64,000 nt of DNA from Spirochaetia bacterium (GTDB lineage Bacteria; Spirochaetota; Spirochaetia; CAKZLE01). The position numbers and the translations under genes are program-made. This document shows positions 39,024-47,621 of this stretch, piece by piece. Positions within the stretch are counted from its first letter, which is position 1; every line of letters begins with the position of its first letter. The notes beneath the pieces were generated by a model. The model saw nothing but the letters and a program-made list of their open reading frames with translations. It was not told where the DNA came from and ran no database searches. Location: contig OY782041.1 in NCBI GenBank assembly GCA_963677595.1, forward strand, positions 1,088,001 to 1,152,000, read 5' to 3'.

Positions 39024-40159
39024 CACGGCACCTTGGTCCATTGCCCATCCGCATCCGCAGACCGCTCTATCGCATCAAGGATGTACTGGACCTTCAGCCC
39101 GTCCTCGATGCCCGGGGAGGGCTGTCGCCCTTCGGACACTGCCCTTAGGAACTGGTACTGGCTCTCGGCATGGGAGCGCTCCCAGCCGATTGGGGCCCTC
39201 GGCGGCGGCGTCTTCGCACCAGGGTAGTTCTGCATGCATTCCAGCCGCTGCCAGCCCCTGTCTCCCCCATAGGTCTTCGCACCCTTGGTATCGTCATAGA
39301 AATAGAGGTAGCCTGGTTCCATGAGGTCGAACTTGAGCGCGCCGTATTCCCCATGGATCACGATCTTCAGGTCATCCAGGGTCCCGGTAGCGAAGCGGGA
39401 ACACTCTATCGACCCGACCGCACCATTGGCCATACGCCCATGGACCCATGAGACGTCATCGACGGTCACAGTCCCGTACCGGCTCCGGTCCTCGACGAGC
39501 GGTCGGGAATTGATGAAGGTATGCAGCAAGCCCTGCACAGATTCGAAGTCACCGAGCAGGTAGCGTACAAGGTCGAGCACATGGGAACCCAGGTCCCCAA
39601 GGGCCCCTGACCCGCCCTGTTCCTTCTGCATCCTCCAGCTCAGTGGACGGTCCGGGTTGTGGTAGCCCGAATGGAGGTACTCAGCCCGGTAGGTGAAGAT
39701 CCTCCCGATCAGCCCCTCGTCCAGGATCTGCTTCGCCCGTATGATCGCGGGGAGGAAGCGGTACTGGAATACCATCCCGAAGGAGGCTGAGGATTTCGCG
39801 GCCAGTTCCGCTATCTCCAGCGCTTCGCTGATCGTACCGGCAAGGGGTTTCTCACAGTATACCGCCTTCCCCGCTTCCAGTGCCTCCCGGATGACCGGCA
39901 GGTGGAGCTGGTTCGGCAGCGTGATATCGACCACGTCTATATCTGGGGAAACAGCAAGCTGGTGCACGTCCCCGTCGGCATGGAGGAACCCTGCCTCCTG
40001 CCTGGCTGTATCAGCAGTCTCCTGCCTCGATGTGCCGACCCGCTGCAGGACGGGACGGATCCCGCCAGGATAGATGATGGGGATCGTCCTGTAGCCGAGT
40101 GCATGGACCCTGCCGATACCGCTGTAGCCTGCCATCCCGATCCTTATCTCATTCTTCAT
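39023..40159 (-). CDS. Gfo/Idh/MocA-family oxidoreductase
   Basis: CEKP, PLSWR...GSGALGDLGSH. Confidence 0.92.
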   Translation of the reverse strand: MKNEIRIGMAGYSGIGRVHALGYRTIPIIYPGGIRPVLQRVGTSRQETADTARQEAGFLHADGDVHQLAVSPDIDVVDITLPNQLHLPVIREALEAGKAVYCEKPLAGTISEALEIAELAAKSSASFGMVFQYRFLPAIIRAKQILDEGLIGRIFTYRAEYLHSGYHNPDRPLSWRMQKEQGGSGALGDLGSHVLDLVRYLLGDFESVQGLLHTFINSRPLVEDRSRYGTVTVDDVSWVHGRMANGAVGSIECSRFATGTLDDLKIVIHGEYGALKFDLMEPGYLYFYDDTKGAKTYGGDRGWQRLECMQNYPGAKTPPPRAPIGWERSHAESQYQFLRAVSEGRQPSPGIEDGLKVQYILDAIERSADADGQWTKVP

Positions 40160-40953
40160 ACTAGTGTGCCGTCCTCGTTCCGATATTTCTCACTCAATCT
40201 CTCGAGATGCGTTCTCAATTCACGGGTCTTCTCAGCGATCTTCCCGCTCCCCGGTTTCAGGATCCCCTCAGGGCCTTTCAGCAGGGGAGACGAGAACTCC
40301 CCGACACTCATCCCGCGGGAAACGAAACTCTCCAGGTTGGAAGCATTGAGCCCGCCGTCTTCCATGAGGTCGACATCCTTCTCACGACCCCGTTCTTTGA
40401 GCATCTCATACATCTTCGCGACGTTCTCAATGACGATATCATCGATGATGTGGGGACTCCTGCCCTGTACCGGCGGTTTCCAGAAGGGGTAGCGGCATTC
40501 ATACTCGATGATGTCCACGAACGGGATACATTCAGCGAACGGATGGACCGGGGCCCCCTGCCATGCCCACACCCCGGTCTTCAGCCCAAGCTCCTGGATG
40601 TAGGTGAGGTTCTGGACGATGGTCTCGCCTGTGGTCTCTATGGGAACGGTGATCAGGTCTGCACCTGCATCACTGAGCTGGCTGAACAGGTCAAGCGTAG
40701 GCCGCTCCATCTGGAGCTGCACCTCGATCTCCAGGTTCGTATACTTCCTGATCCCGGTCAGGATATCGATCCCGCCCCGTGGGACATTGAACTGCATATA
40801 TCGTCCATCGCGCATCTCGATATGGATCCAATCCGCACCGCCTGCCTCGAGTTCGGCAACAGTATCAGCCAGGTACCCGTAGTCAGCCCAGAACAATCCT
40901 GCTGCGATCTTCACGTTCTTCTGAGGATAACCTATTTTCTTCGTTTTCATCAT
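40156..40953 (-). CDS. Divergent ribulose-phosphate 3-epimerase-family protein
   Basis: GADWIHIEMRDG, EVQLQM, EDGGLN; canonical motifs altered. Confidence 0.75.
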   Translation of the reverse strand: MMKTKKIGYPQKNVKIAAGLFWADYGYLADTVAELEAGGADWIHIEMRDGRYMQFNVPRGGIDILTGIRKYTNLEIEVQLQMERPTLDLFSQLSDAGADLITVPIETTGETIVQNLTYIQELGLKTGVWAWQGAPVHPFAECIPFVDIIEYECRYPFWKPPVQGRSPHIIDDIVIENVAKMYEMLKERGREKDVDLMEDGGLNASNLESFVSRGMSVGEFSSPLLKGPEGILKPGSGKIAEKTRELRTHLERLSEKYRNEDGTLV

Positions 40954-40995
40954 TCTTTCCTTGCGTTTGGAATAATTTTGCTTTTATTCGATAGT

Positions 40996-41024
40996 ATTAT
41001 AGCCTATCATCGTAAGTTACGCAA
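40996..41024 (-). promoter_or_regulatory. Sigma70 promoter of the Rpe-like/Gfo/activase/DeoR operon
   Basis: TTGCGT-17-TATAAT. Confidence 0.65.
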
Positions 41025-41108
41025 TGATTACTTACTCCTGGATGCATACTTCTCCACTTTCCAGGCTGGGACCATACCAGAGAGCGGGCGTTAGACAAGC
41101 CGGGCATC

Positions 41109-42272
41109 TCACCCCCGGACCAACCTGTTCAGTCTCTCCGAGAAAATGAACTGCATCCCGATGAGCACGCTGATCAGTATGGGGAGCATGAAAGCACCCG
41201 TATGATCGATGAGCACTCCCATCACCGGGGGCACTGCCGCTGCCCCGATATACGCGAACCCCATCTGCAGGCCGATGACCTTCTGGGAGTTCTCCACCCC
41301 GAACCGGACCGGGGTCTCATGCAGCATCGCCGGGAAGACCGGGGCGAATCCCAGGCCTATGAGGACCAGGAGGAACCCGGTGAGTACGGGAGGGAGCGGT
41401 ATCATGAGGAGGAGTCCTCCCGCTATGGCGATGACCAGGCCCAGCCTGATCATCTGGGGGTTGGTCAGCCTGAACGAGAAGAACCCGGAGAGGAACCTCC
41501 CGATCGTGATCCCCCCGTAGTACATGGACATCCAGAGCGCTGCGGCCTCGACGGAATACCCGCGCTCGAGGCTGAGGAAGCTGCTCCCCCACAAGCCGAC
41601 CCCCACTTCCGCTGCACAGTAGCAGGCCATGACGACAAGGGCTGCAGGGACTCCCGGGATCCGGAAGGCCGGCCGTCCTGACGGCGTACCCGCATTCTCT
41701 AGTACGTGATGGCTCACCTCCGGCTTATGCCGTTTCCAGAGCGGGAGGCTCAGCAGCAACAGTACTGCCATGCTGAGCTGGATGATCCCGATCAGGCGGT
41801 ACCCCGACTGCCAGGTCCGGCTCACGATCATGGAACCCATGATCAAAGGACCTACCGTCGCCCCCACCCCCCAGAAGGAGTGGAGCCAGTTCATGTGGTG
41901 GGCCTTGAAATGCATGGCTACGTAGTTGTTCAGTGCGGCATCGACGGCACCCCCGCCGAGCCCGAGGGGGATTGCCAGGGGTATCATCCAGTAGAATGAC
42001 GGGACCAGTGAGATCCCCAGGAGGGAAGAGCCAGTCATGAAGCAGCTGATGAAGACGATCCTGCCGGTCCCGACCTTGCTGATGAGCGCGGCGCTGGTCA
42101 GGCTCGATATGATCGTCCCGATCGTGATGACGATCGAGATCGTGCCGAAGAAGCTGACGGGAGTCCCCCAGGCTAGGTGGATGGCAGGGATCGCAGCCCC
42201 GAGGACTGCATCAGGCAGCCCGAGGCTGATGAATGCAAGATAGATGATGCCAAGCAGCAGCAGTGTGATCAT
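41109..42272 (-). CDS. MFS transporter (fucose-permease-like)
   Basis: About 12 TM segments; FISLGLPD, DAALNNYVA, MNWLHSFWGVG. Confidence 0.9.
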   Translation of the reverse strand: MITLLLLGIIYLAFISLGLPDAVLGAAIPAIHLAWGTPVSFFGTISIVITIGTIISSLTSAALISKVGTGRIVFISCFMTGSSLLGISLVPSFYWMIPLAIPLGLGGGAVDAALNNYVAMHFKAHHMNWLHSFWGVGATVGPLIMGSMIVSRTWQSGYRLIGIIQLSMAVLLLLSLPLWKRHKPEVSHHVLENAGTPSGRPAFRIPGVPAALVVMACYCAAEVGVGLWGSSFLSLERGYSVEAAALWMSMYYGGITIGRFLSGFFSFRLTNPQMIRLGLVIAIAGGLLLMIPLPPVLTGFLLVLIGLGFAPVFPAMLHETPVRFGVENSQKVIGLQMGFAYIGAAAVPPVMGVLIDHTGAFMLPILISVLIGMQFIFSERLNRLVRG

Positions 42273-42281
42273 GTCGTCCCC

Positions 42282-43298
42282 CTATGTCCTCTCAATGAGC
42301 CTGTACTTACATGAGAGTTCCTGCATAGCCAGGTACGTGAGGCCGGCAACGAAACTGTCATGGATATCTTCCTCGAACAGGATCTCAGGGACCTGGGACC
42401 CCTGCCTGGATGCTGCAGTCAAGGCCACGATCCGCTGCTTCAATGCCGGGTTGAAGAATATCCCGGTGAGCATGACTCGTGCGGGATTGACCACACAGTT
42501 CAGGGCAAGGACCATGTGGGAAGCCAATGCGGCAAAAGCATCCATATCTTCCTGCACCTGAGCCTGGTTGAGGCCTTCGAGGCCCGGCAGGTATGAGAGT
42601 TCGCCGGCAAAGTCGGCATATCCTCGGATGAGCTGCCCGTTGATGATGATCCCGGAGCCGGCACCCCCAGCCTCCGGGTAGTAGATATAGGCGAAACTCT
42701 CTGACGGGTCCTCACCCAACGACACATACTGCCCAAGGGCAGTAGCATTCACGTCATTCTCCGCGATAGCCGGAATACCGTACCGGTCACTGAGGTAGTC
42801 AACGATCCCGATCGTGGGGAATGATGCGATATCGCAGGTCATGATCCTGCCGTCATGGACGATGCCGGGAATGCCCAATGCCAGGACACGTATCGACGGG
42901 TAGGCGACCAGGGCCTGCCCGATCACCTTGTCCAACTCTTCGAGACCCAGGGCCGTACCATGGACGATCTCAGTGGCTGCCGTCCTCCCGAGTGCATCCA
43001 CGACCTGGGAGAAGAGGATCTGCCGTTCACCCTCCTTACGCAGGTAGATCAGGAGGGCATGGAAATGATCGGGGTTGTAGGAGAACTGCTTCGAGGGTCG
43101 TCCCCCGGTGGAGTCAGCCGGTTCGACCTCAAACACCTCCCCAGACTGGAGGAGGTCGGTGATGATGTTCTTGCAGGTCGCCACGCTCAAGCCTGACTGT
43201 TCCGCAAGCACGTTGTGCGTGACACTCCCCTGCTGTCTCATGATATCCCGTATCAGGTCCGTATGGATCTTTCGTAAACGCTGTGTATTCCCTACCAC
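42282..43298 (-). CDS. ROK-family transcriptional regulator
   Basis: N-terminal HTH, STGGRP, ENDVN, FAGELSY; GTG start. Confidence 0.88.
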   Translation of the reverse strand: MVGNTQRLRKIHTDLIRDIMRQQGSVTHNVLAEQSGLSVATCKNIITDLLQSGEVFEVEPADSTGGRPSKQFSYNPDHFHALLIYLRKEGERQILFSQVVDALGRTAATEIVHGTALGLEELDKVIGQALVAYPSIRVLALGIPGIVHDGRIMTCDIASFPTIGIVDYLSDRYGIPAIAENDVNATALGQYVSLGEDPSESFAYIYYPEAGGAGSGIIINGQLIRGYADFAGELSYLPGLEGLNQAQVQEDMDAFAALASHMVLALNCVVNPARVMLTGIFFNPALKQRIVALTAASRQGSQVPEILFEEDIHDSFVAGLTYLAMQELSCKYRLIERT

Positions 43299-43321
43299 TT
43301 TAGTTACCTCTTAACGTAAGT

Positions 43322-43350
43322 AGTATATAAAGAGACCTGACCCAAGTCAA
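43322..43350 (-). promoter_or_regulatory. Sigma70 promoter of ROK regulator-MFS
   Basis: TTGACT-17-TATACT. Confidence 0.65.
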
Positions 43351-43427
43351 GTGTCTTCAGGACCATAGCATTCAAACCGATTCAAGGGTATACTTCTCTC
43401 TATGTATACCACAGTGAACAGGAGGAA

Positions 43428-43802
43428 ATGTACATGAAGTTCATCTGGACTACCATCAACGTCAAGGACCTTGAGCAGTCGCTGGCATTCTACACGGAGG
43501 TCATCGGCTTGGAGGTGAACCGGCGGTTCACCCCCATGGAGGGGAATGAGATCGCCTTCCTCGGGAAGGAGGAGACCCAGGTCGAGCTGATCGCCAACAC
43601 GAAGAATCCCGACCCAGTGTACGGCAGGGACATCTCCCTGGGGTTCGAGGTGGAATCCCTCGAGGAGACCATGGCCATGCTCGAGGCTAAGGGGATAGCG
43701 ATCGCTGCCGGCCCCTTCCAGCCTGCACCGTACATCAGGTTCCTGTATGTAGTAGATCCCAACGGGCTGCGGGTACAGCTAGTGGAGAACATAGCCCCTT
43801 AG
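43428..43802 (+). CDS. VOC / glyoxalase-family protein
   Basis: VKDLEQSLAFY, DPNGLRVQLVE. Confidence 0.88.
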   Translation: MYMKFIWTTINVKDLEQSLAFYTEVIGLEVNRRFTPMEGNEIAFLGKEETQVELIANTKNPDPVYGRDISLGFEVESLEETMAMLEAKGIAIAAGPFQPAPYIRFLYVVDPNGLRVQLVENIAP

Positions 43803-43987
43803 ACAGATCCTGGACCTCCGCTGTAGTGATGTGAACGATAGCGCGGAATATGGTGCATACGGCCCCTTGGGTTCAGCAGTCTCATCTGTGATGTGGTATA
43901 CTGTCAACACCAACCACTGCACTGACTGATCTGAAGCCCGAACATGATCACCTACTGGAAGAATTCATGTACAAGGAGCTGCAAGCT

Positions 43988-44683
43988 ATGTCAAAGACCA
44001 GATGGATCCTGACCATTCTCCTCATATGCCTCGATATCACGTCCCTGTATGCATACCAGATGGTGTATACCCCCGATTCGAGTTTCAACTACACCATCGA
44101 GAACGGGGAGGTGACCATTGACCTCTTCACCGGGACCGAGGATGACGTGCGGATCCCCCCGACCATCGAGGGGTATCCCGTCACCGCCCTCGGGGATATC
44201 GTCTTCGCCGCGAATGAGGAGGTCGTCATCGTCACCATCCCCGAGGGGGTGAGATCGATCGGGTACGGGGCCTTCCTGTTCTGTGAAGGACTGCGGGAAG
44301 TCAACCTGCCCGACTCGCTCACTGTCCTGGGAGAAGAGGCGTTCGGGAACTGCACGGACCTGCCGAAGATTCGATTACCCGACGGGGTGACCGCGATCGA
44401 GGCGTACACGTTCGCCGAATGCGAGCACCTGGATTTTGTCCGCCTGCCTGGGAACCTCAGATCGATCGGGTCACAGGCGTTCCTGGCCTGCAGGGACCTG
44501 GACCAGATCCTGATACCCCGGAGTGTCGAGACGATCGCAGCCGATGCATTCCTCTACTGTGATATCGACTATTTCTACTGCGAGGCTCCCGAGAAGCCTG
44601 CGGGCTGGGCAGAGAGCTGGGCAGAGGACGGGCTGAGTTTCTCATACGGCACGAAGATCATCTGGGGCTATGAGCGGCAGTGA
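43988..44683 (+). CDS. BspA-type leucine-rich repeat surface protein
   Basis: Signal peptide; repeated IP..V.SIG..AF..C..L; AAGGAG before ATG 43988. Confidence 0.88.
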   Translation: MSKTRWILTILLICLDITSLYAYQMVYTPDSSFNYTIENGEVTIDLFTGTEDDVRIPPTIEGYPVTALGDIVFAANEEVVIVTIPEGVRSIGYGAFLFCEGLREVNLPDSLTVLGEEAFGNCTDLPKIRLPDGVTAIEAYTFAECEHLDFVRLPGNLRSIGSQAFLACRDLDQILIPRSVETIAADAFLYCDIDYFYCEAPEKPAGWAESWAEDGLSFSYGTKIIWGYERQ

Positions 44684-44713
44684 GCTTCCTGTCCATTCCC
44701 TTGATGGGAATCC

Positions 44714-45232
44714 TCATGCCGGGTCTCCCGGCATGCTATCGGGGAACCTGAGCTGCAGGTGTATGTTCCCGTTCCCCGATACCCTCTGGTCTTCTCTGAA
44801 GCCGAACTTCCTATAGTACTCGACGAGGTGCTGCCCTTTATCATTGATCCATTCGGTGTCGAGGGCAAGCCCGGCCAGTCCCTGCTTCCGGGCGGACTCA
44901 ATCAATGCCTCCAGGATGCTCGTCCCGGTCCCCCGGCCGGGGACCATGACGGCAAGCGTATCGATGAAGACCATCCCCGGTAGTGCATCCGCATAGACCA
45001 GGAGCACAGCTTCAGGCCTGTTCCCATCGTAGAGGAAGAGACCCTCGAACCCTGCTTTTCTTTCCCGTTCGGCAAGCTCCCCTTCCGTGTAGACCAGCTC
45101 CCTGCCGAAGCTCTTCCGGTCGATCCGGGAGAAATCCTTCAGCAGTGCATCATCCCACCTCCTGAAGCAGCGGGTCCGCAGGTGCGTCCCCTGCATCTCC
45201 AGGATACGGGCAGTCTCCTCGAGGATCGTCAT
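44714..45232 (-). CDS. GNAT-family acetyltransferase
   Basis: FIDTLAV..PGRGTGT, YYRKFGF. Confidence 0.8.
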   Translation of the reverse strand: MTILEETARILEMQGTHLRTRCFRRWDDALLKDFSRIDRKSFGRELVYTEGELAERERKAGFEGLFLYDGNRPEAVLLVYADALPGMVFIDTLAVMVPGRGTGTSILEALIESARKQGLAGLALDTEWINDKGQHLVEYYRKFGFREDQRVSGNGNIHLQLRFPDSMPGDPA

Positions 45233-46218
45233 AAGCCGTACCGGGCGGCGGCAGAGTCGATCAGGGCCCCGACCAGGGAATCGTAGTCGTAGCCTGCCCT
45301 GAAGGCCATGAGGGTGTAGAAGGAGAAATCCTTCACCGATTCATCATAGTCTATCCCCGGCAGCGGGTTGATCTCGAGGAACCAGATCCGTCCTGCATGG
45401 TCGACCCGGAAGTCGAGGCGGGCGAAATCGCGGATCTTCAGGACCCGGCAGATCCTGACGGCATACTCTTCCAGGGACTGTTCGAGCTCCTCGTCTATGC
45501 GGGCGGGACAGATATAGTTCTCCAGGTCGTCATAGACGGTCTTGGCGATCTGTCCGAACACATTGCCGGCCCCATCCGGCATGCGTGAGAAATCGACCTC
45601 GAGGATGGGGAAGACCTCTACCGGTGAGTCAGGACGCACCAGCACCCCGATACTGAACTCTCTGCCGCTGATGAAGCCTTCCACGAGGATCTCCCGGGCA
45701 TACTGGCTGAACATGAGTCCTGCCTTCCGTAAGAATCCCTCCCGGTCATACACCACATTGTCCGCGTTGATGCCGATGGAGGATCCCTCCATATTGGGCT
45801 TCAGGATTACCGGGAAGGCCGGGTCGAGCCTCTTGGCCTCTGCCAGTGATGAGATCACCTGGTGGTCAGGGGTATCAAGGCCTTCGGCCCTGACGAAGAG
45901 CTTGGTCCAGCCCTTGTTGAGGCATACGGCCAGCGTCCCGGGACCTGACCCGATATAGGGGATCCCGAGCATCTCGAGGATCGCCGGTATATGGGACTCC
46001 CGGCTTTCGCCCCGCAGGCCTTCCGACCGGTTGAAGACGAGGTCAGGCCTGACCCGCTTCAGTTCCTCCGCCACCTGCTCATCCGCCTCGATGAACACAT
46101 ACTCATACCCGGCAGCCTCGATACCGTGCCGTACCAGCTCGATCGTGTGGGGAGGGTCGAACTCGACCTGGAATTCGTCCTCCTCGTGCCTCGTGTTCAG
46201 GACCAGTGCTATCTTCAT
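45229..46218 (-). CDS. D-Ala-D-Ala ligase-like ATP-grasp enzyme
   Basis: LGIPYIGSG, VILKPNMEGSSIGI, FISGREF, ARLDFR, LEINPLPG. Confidence 0.9.
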   Translation of the reverse strand: MKIALVLNTRHEEDEFQVEFDPPHTIELVRHGIEAAGYEYVFIEADEQVAEELKRVRPDLVFNRSEGLRGESRESHIPAILEMLGIPYIGSGPGTLAVCLNKGWTKLFVRAEGLDTPDHQVISSLAEAKRLDPAFPVILKPNMEGSSIGINADNVVYDREGFLRKAGLMFSQYAREILVEGFISGREFSIGVLVRPDSPVEVFPILEVDFSRMPDGAGNVFGQIAKTVYDDLENYICPARIDEELEQSLEEYAVRICRVLKIRDFARLDFRVDHAGRIWFLEINPLPGIDYDESVKDFSFYTLMAFRAGYDYDSLVGALIDSAAARYGL

Positions 46219-47621
46219 ATTCCCTCGTATAACCTCATGAAATGGTCGATCTCCTCGGTGTAGATCCTCTTCAGGTCAACACCGAGCTCCACAGGAACAG
46301 AGATCGCCGGATACTGCCTCACGAACCGGGCAAGCAGTTCCCCCTCCCTATCCCGTGCTTCTTCTGCAAGCGCTGAGGTCTTGAACCGCTCCACCAGCGG
46401 GTCTTCTGCCCCGAACCGGGCTGCACAATGGAAGGCGAAGAGCTGCTCATCCCTGGCAAGTCCCGTCCGGGCATAGGGGAATCCCGACTCCCCGCCGAAG
46501 ATGGGGAAGAACCTGAGCTGCTCTTCGGTCAGCATGGACCGCTTGAAGCCTACAGCGGCTGGGTCCACGCCCCCGCCGAGGCACATCAGGTACATCTTGG
46601 CACAGATGGAGCACTCGTGGCACCACCGGTCATGCTTTCCGGCCTCCCCTTCTGCGAAGCAGCTCATCTGGTACTTCGCATATGCAGGGTAGCGCCTGAC
46701 GAGCATCCGCTGGATCATCATATCCATGAGGGGCTCGATCAGGCTCCCTGTCCTGACAGGATCCTCTCCTGTCAACGATGCGGTCATCGCGTCGATATGG
46801 CCTGTCCAGAGGTGGGTCTGGTCATAACAGGGATAGACCGTCCACCTCCCGGATGCATCCCGGTAGGAGGACCCTGCCGACTGCTCGTTCCCGAATAAGA
46901 TGTACCCTGCCCCAAATGCCCTGGCATAGGGGAGCATCATCAGGGCATACTCCGTGGACTGCAGGCCCCAGCCGTACTCATCCTTCCCTGTCCCGAGGTG
47001 TTCATCATCCCTGAGCAGACCGGTACTGTGTTCCAGGATGTTCAGGTCCTTCCCGAACTCCTTCAGGAACTCTTCTGCCAGGACCTCCTTGTGGGCTCGT
47101 TCCTGGGAGAAGCCCGGCTCATCCACGAAGACCGGGACTGGATCGAGCCCGAGCTCCTCACTGAGTGCGAAGGTCAGCAGCGAATCCTTGCCGAAGGAGA
47201 GCGGGACCAGCGCCTTCACCGGCCTGCCCGCTTTACCAGACGGCCAGGGAGCCGGAAGCCGCATGCGCCCAACATCGAAGCTGAAGGAGAGCTCCAGGAA
47301 CCGCTGAGTCTCACCAGCGATGTCGATACCGTCCATGTCGCAGCAGGAGGGGATGTCACGGAGGAAGTTCTGGAGGAAGTAGGGTTCGAAGAAGGGACGC
47401 CCCGAATGGAAGTGCAGTCCCTTCACACCCTTCAGTTTCATGGGCAGGTGCATGGCGGCTGCATAGGAGAGGTTGTCGAGCAGCAGCAGCTTCACCGCTT
47501 CCGGGACAGCTTCCCAGATCTCCTGCGGGTATGCTATATGGTAGGATCTGCCCCTGAATGTGAGGCATATCCCCTGCCTGGTCAGGGAGGGGAAGAGCTC
47601 AAGTCGTCCTCCCCTACTCAT
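46215..47621 (-). CDS. MurL-like ATP-dependent (PP-loop) protein, putative peptide epimerase
   Basis: SFGKDS PP-loop, GNEQSA, SCF...WCHECSIC, similar to the MurL layout as recalled. Confidence 0.55.
   Translation of the reverse strand: MSRGGRLELFPSLTRQGICLTFRGRSYHIAYPQEIWEAVPEAVKLLLLDNLSYAAAMHLPMKLKGVKGLHFHSGRPFFEPYFLQNFLRDIPSCCDMDGIDIAGETQRFLELSFSFDVGRMRLPAPWPSGKAGRPVKALVPLSFGKDSLLTFALSEELGLDPVPVFVDEPGFSQERAHKEVLAEEFLKEFGKDLNILEHSTGLLRDDEHLGTGKDEYGWGLQSTEYALMMLPYARAFGAGYILFGNEQSAGSSYRDASGRWTVYPCYDQTHLWTGHIDAMTASLTGEDPVRTGSLIEPLMDMMIQRMLVRRYPAYAKYQMSCFAEGEAGKHDRWCHECSICAKMYLMCLGGGVDPAAVGFKRSMLTEEQLRFFPIFGGESGFPYARTGLARDEQLFAFHCAARFGAEDPLVERFKTSALAEEARDREGELLARFVRQYPAISVPVELGVDLKRIYTEEIDHFMRLYEGI

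Noticed and set aside
45229-46218. Housekeeping ddl or a vancomycin-resistance ligase
   Set aside because: Lacks the usual N-terminal GG.S.E motif, and no mur or van genes are adjacent.
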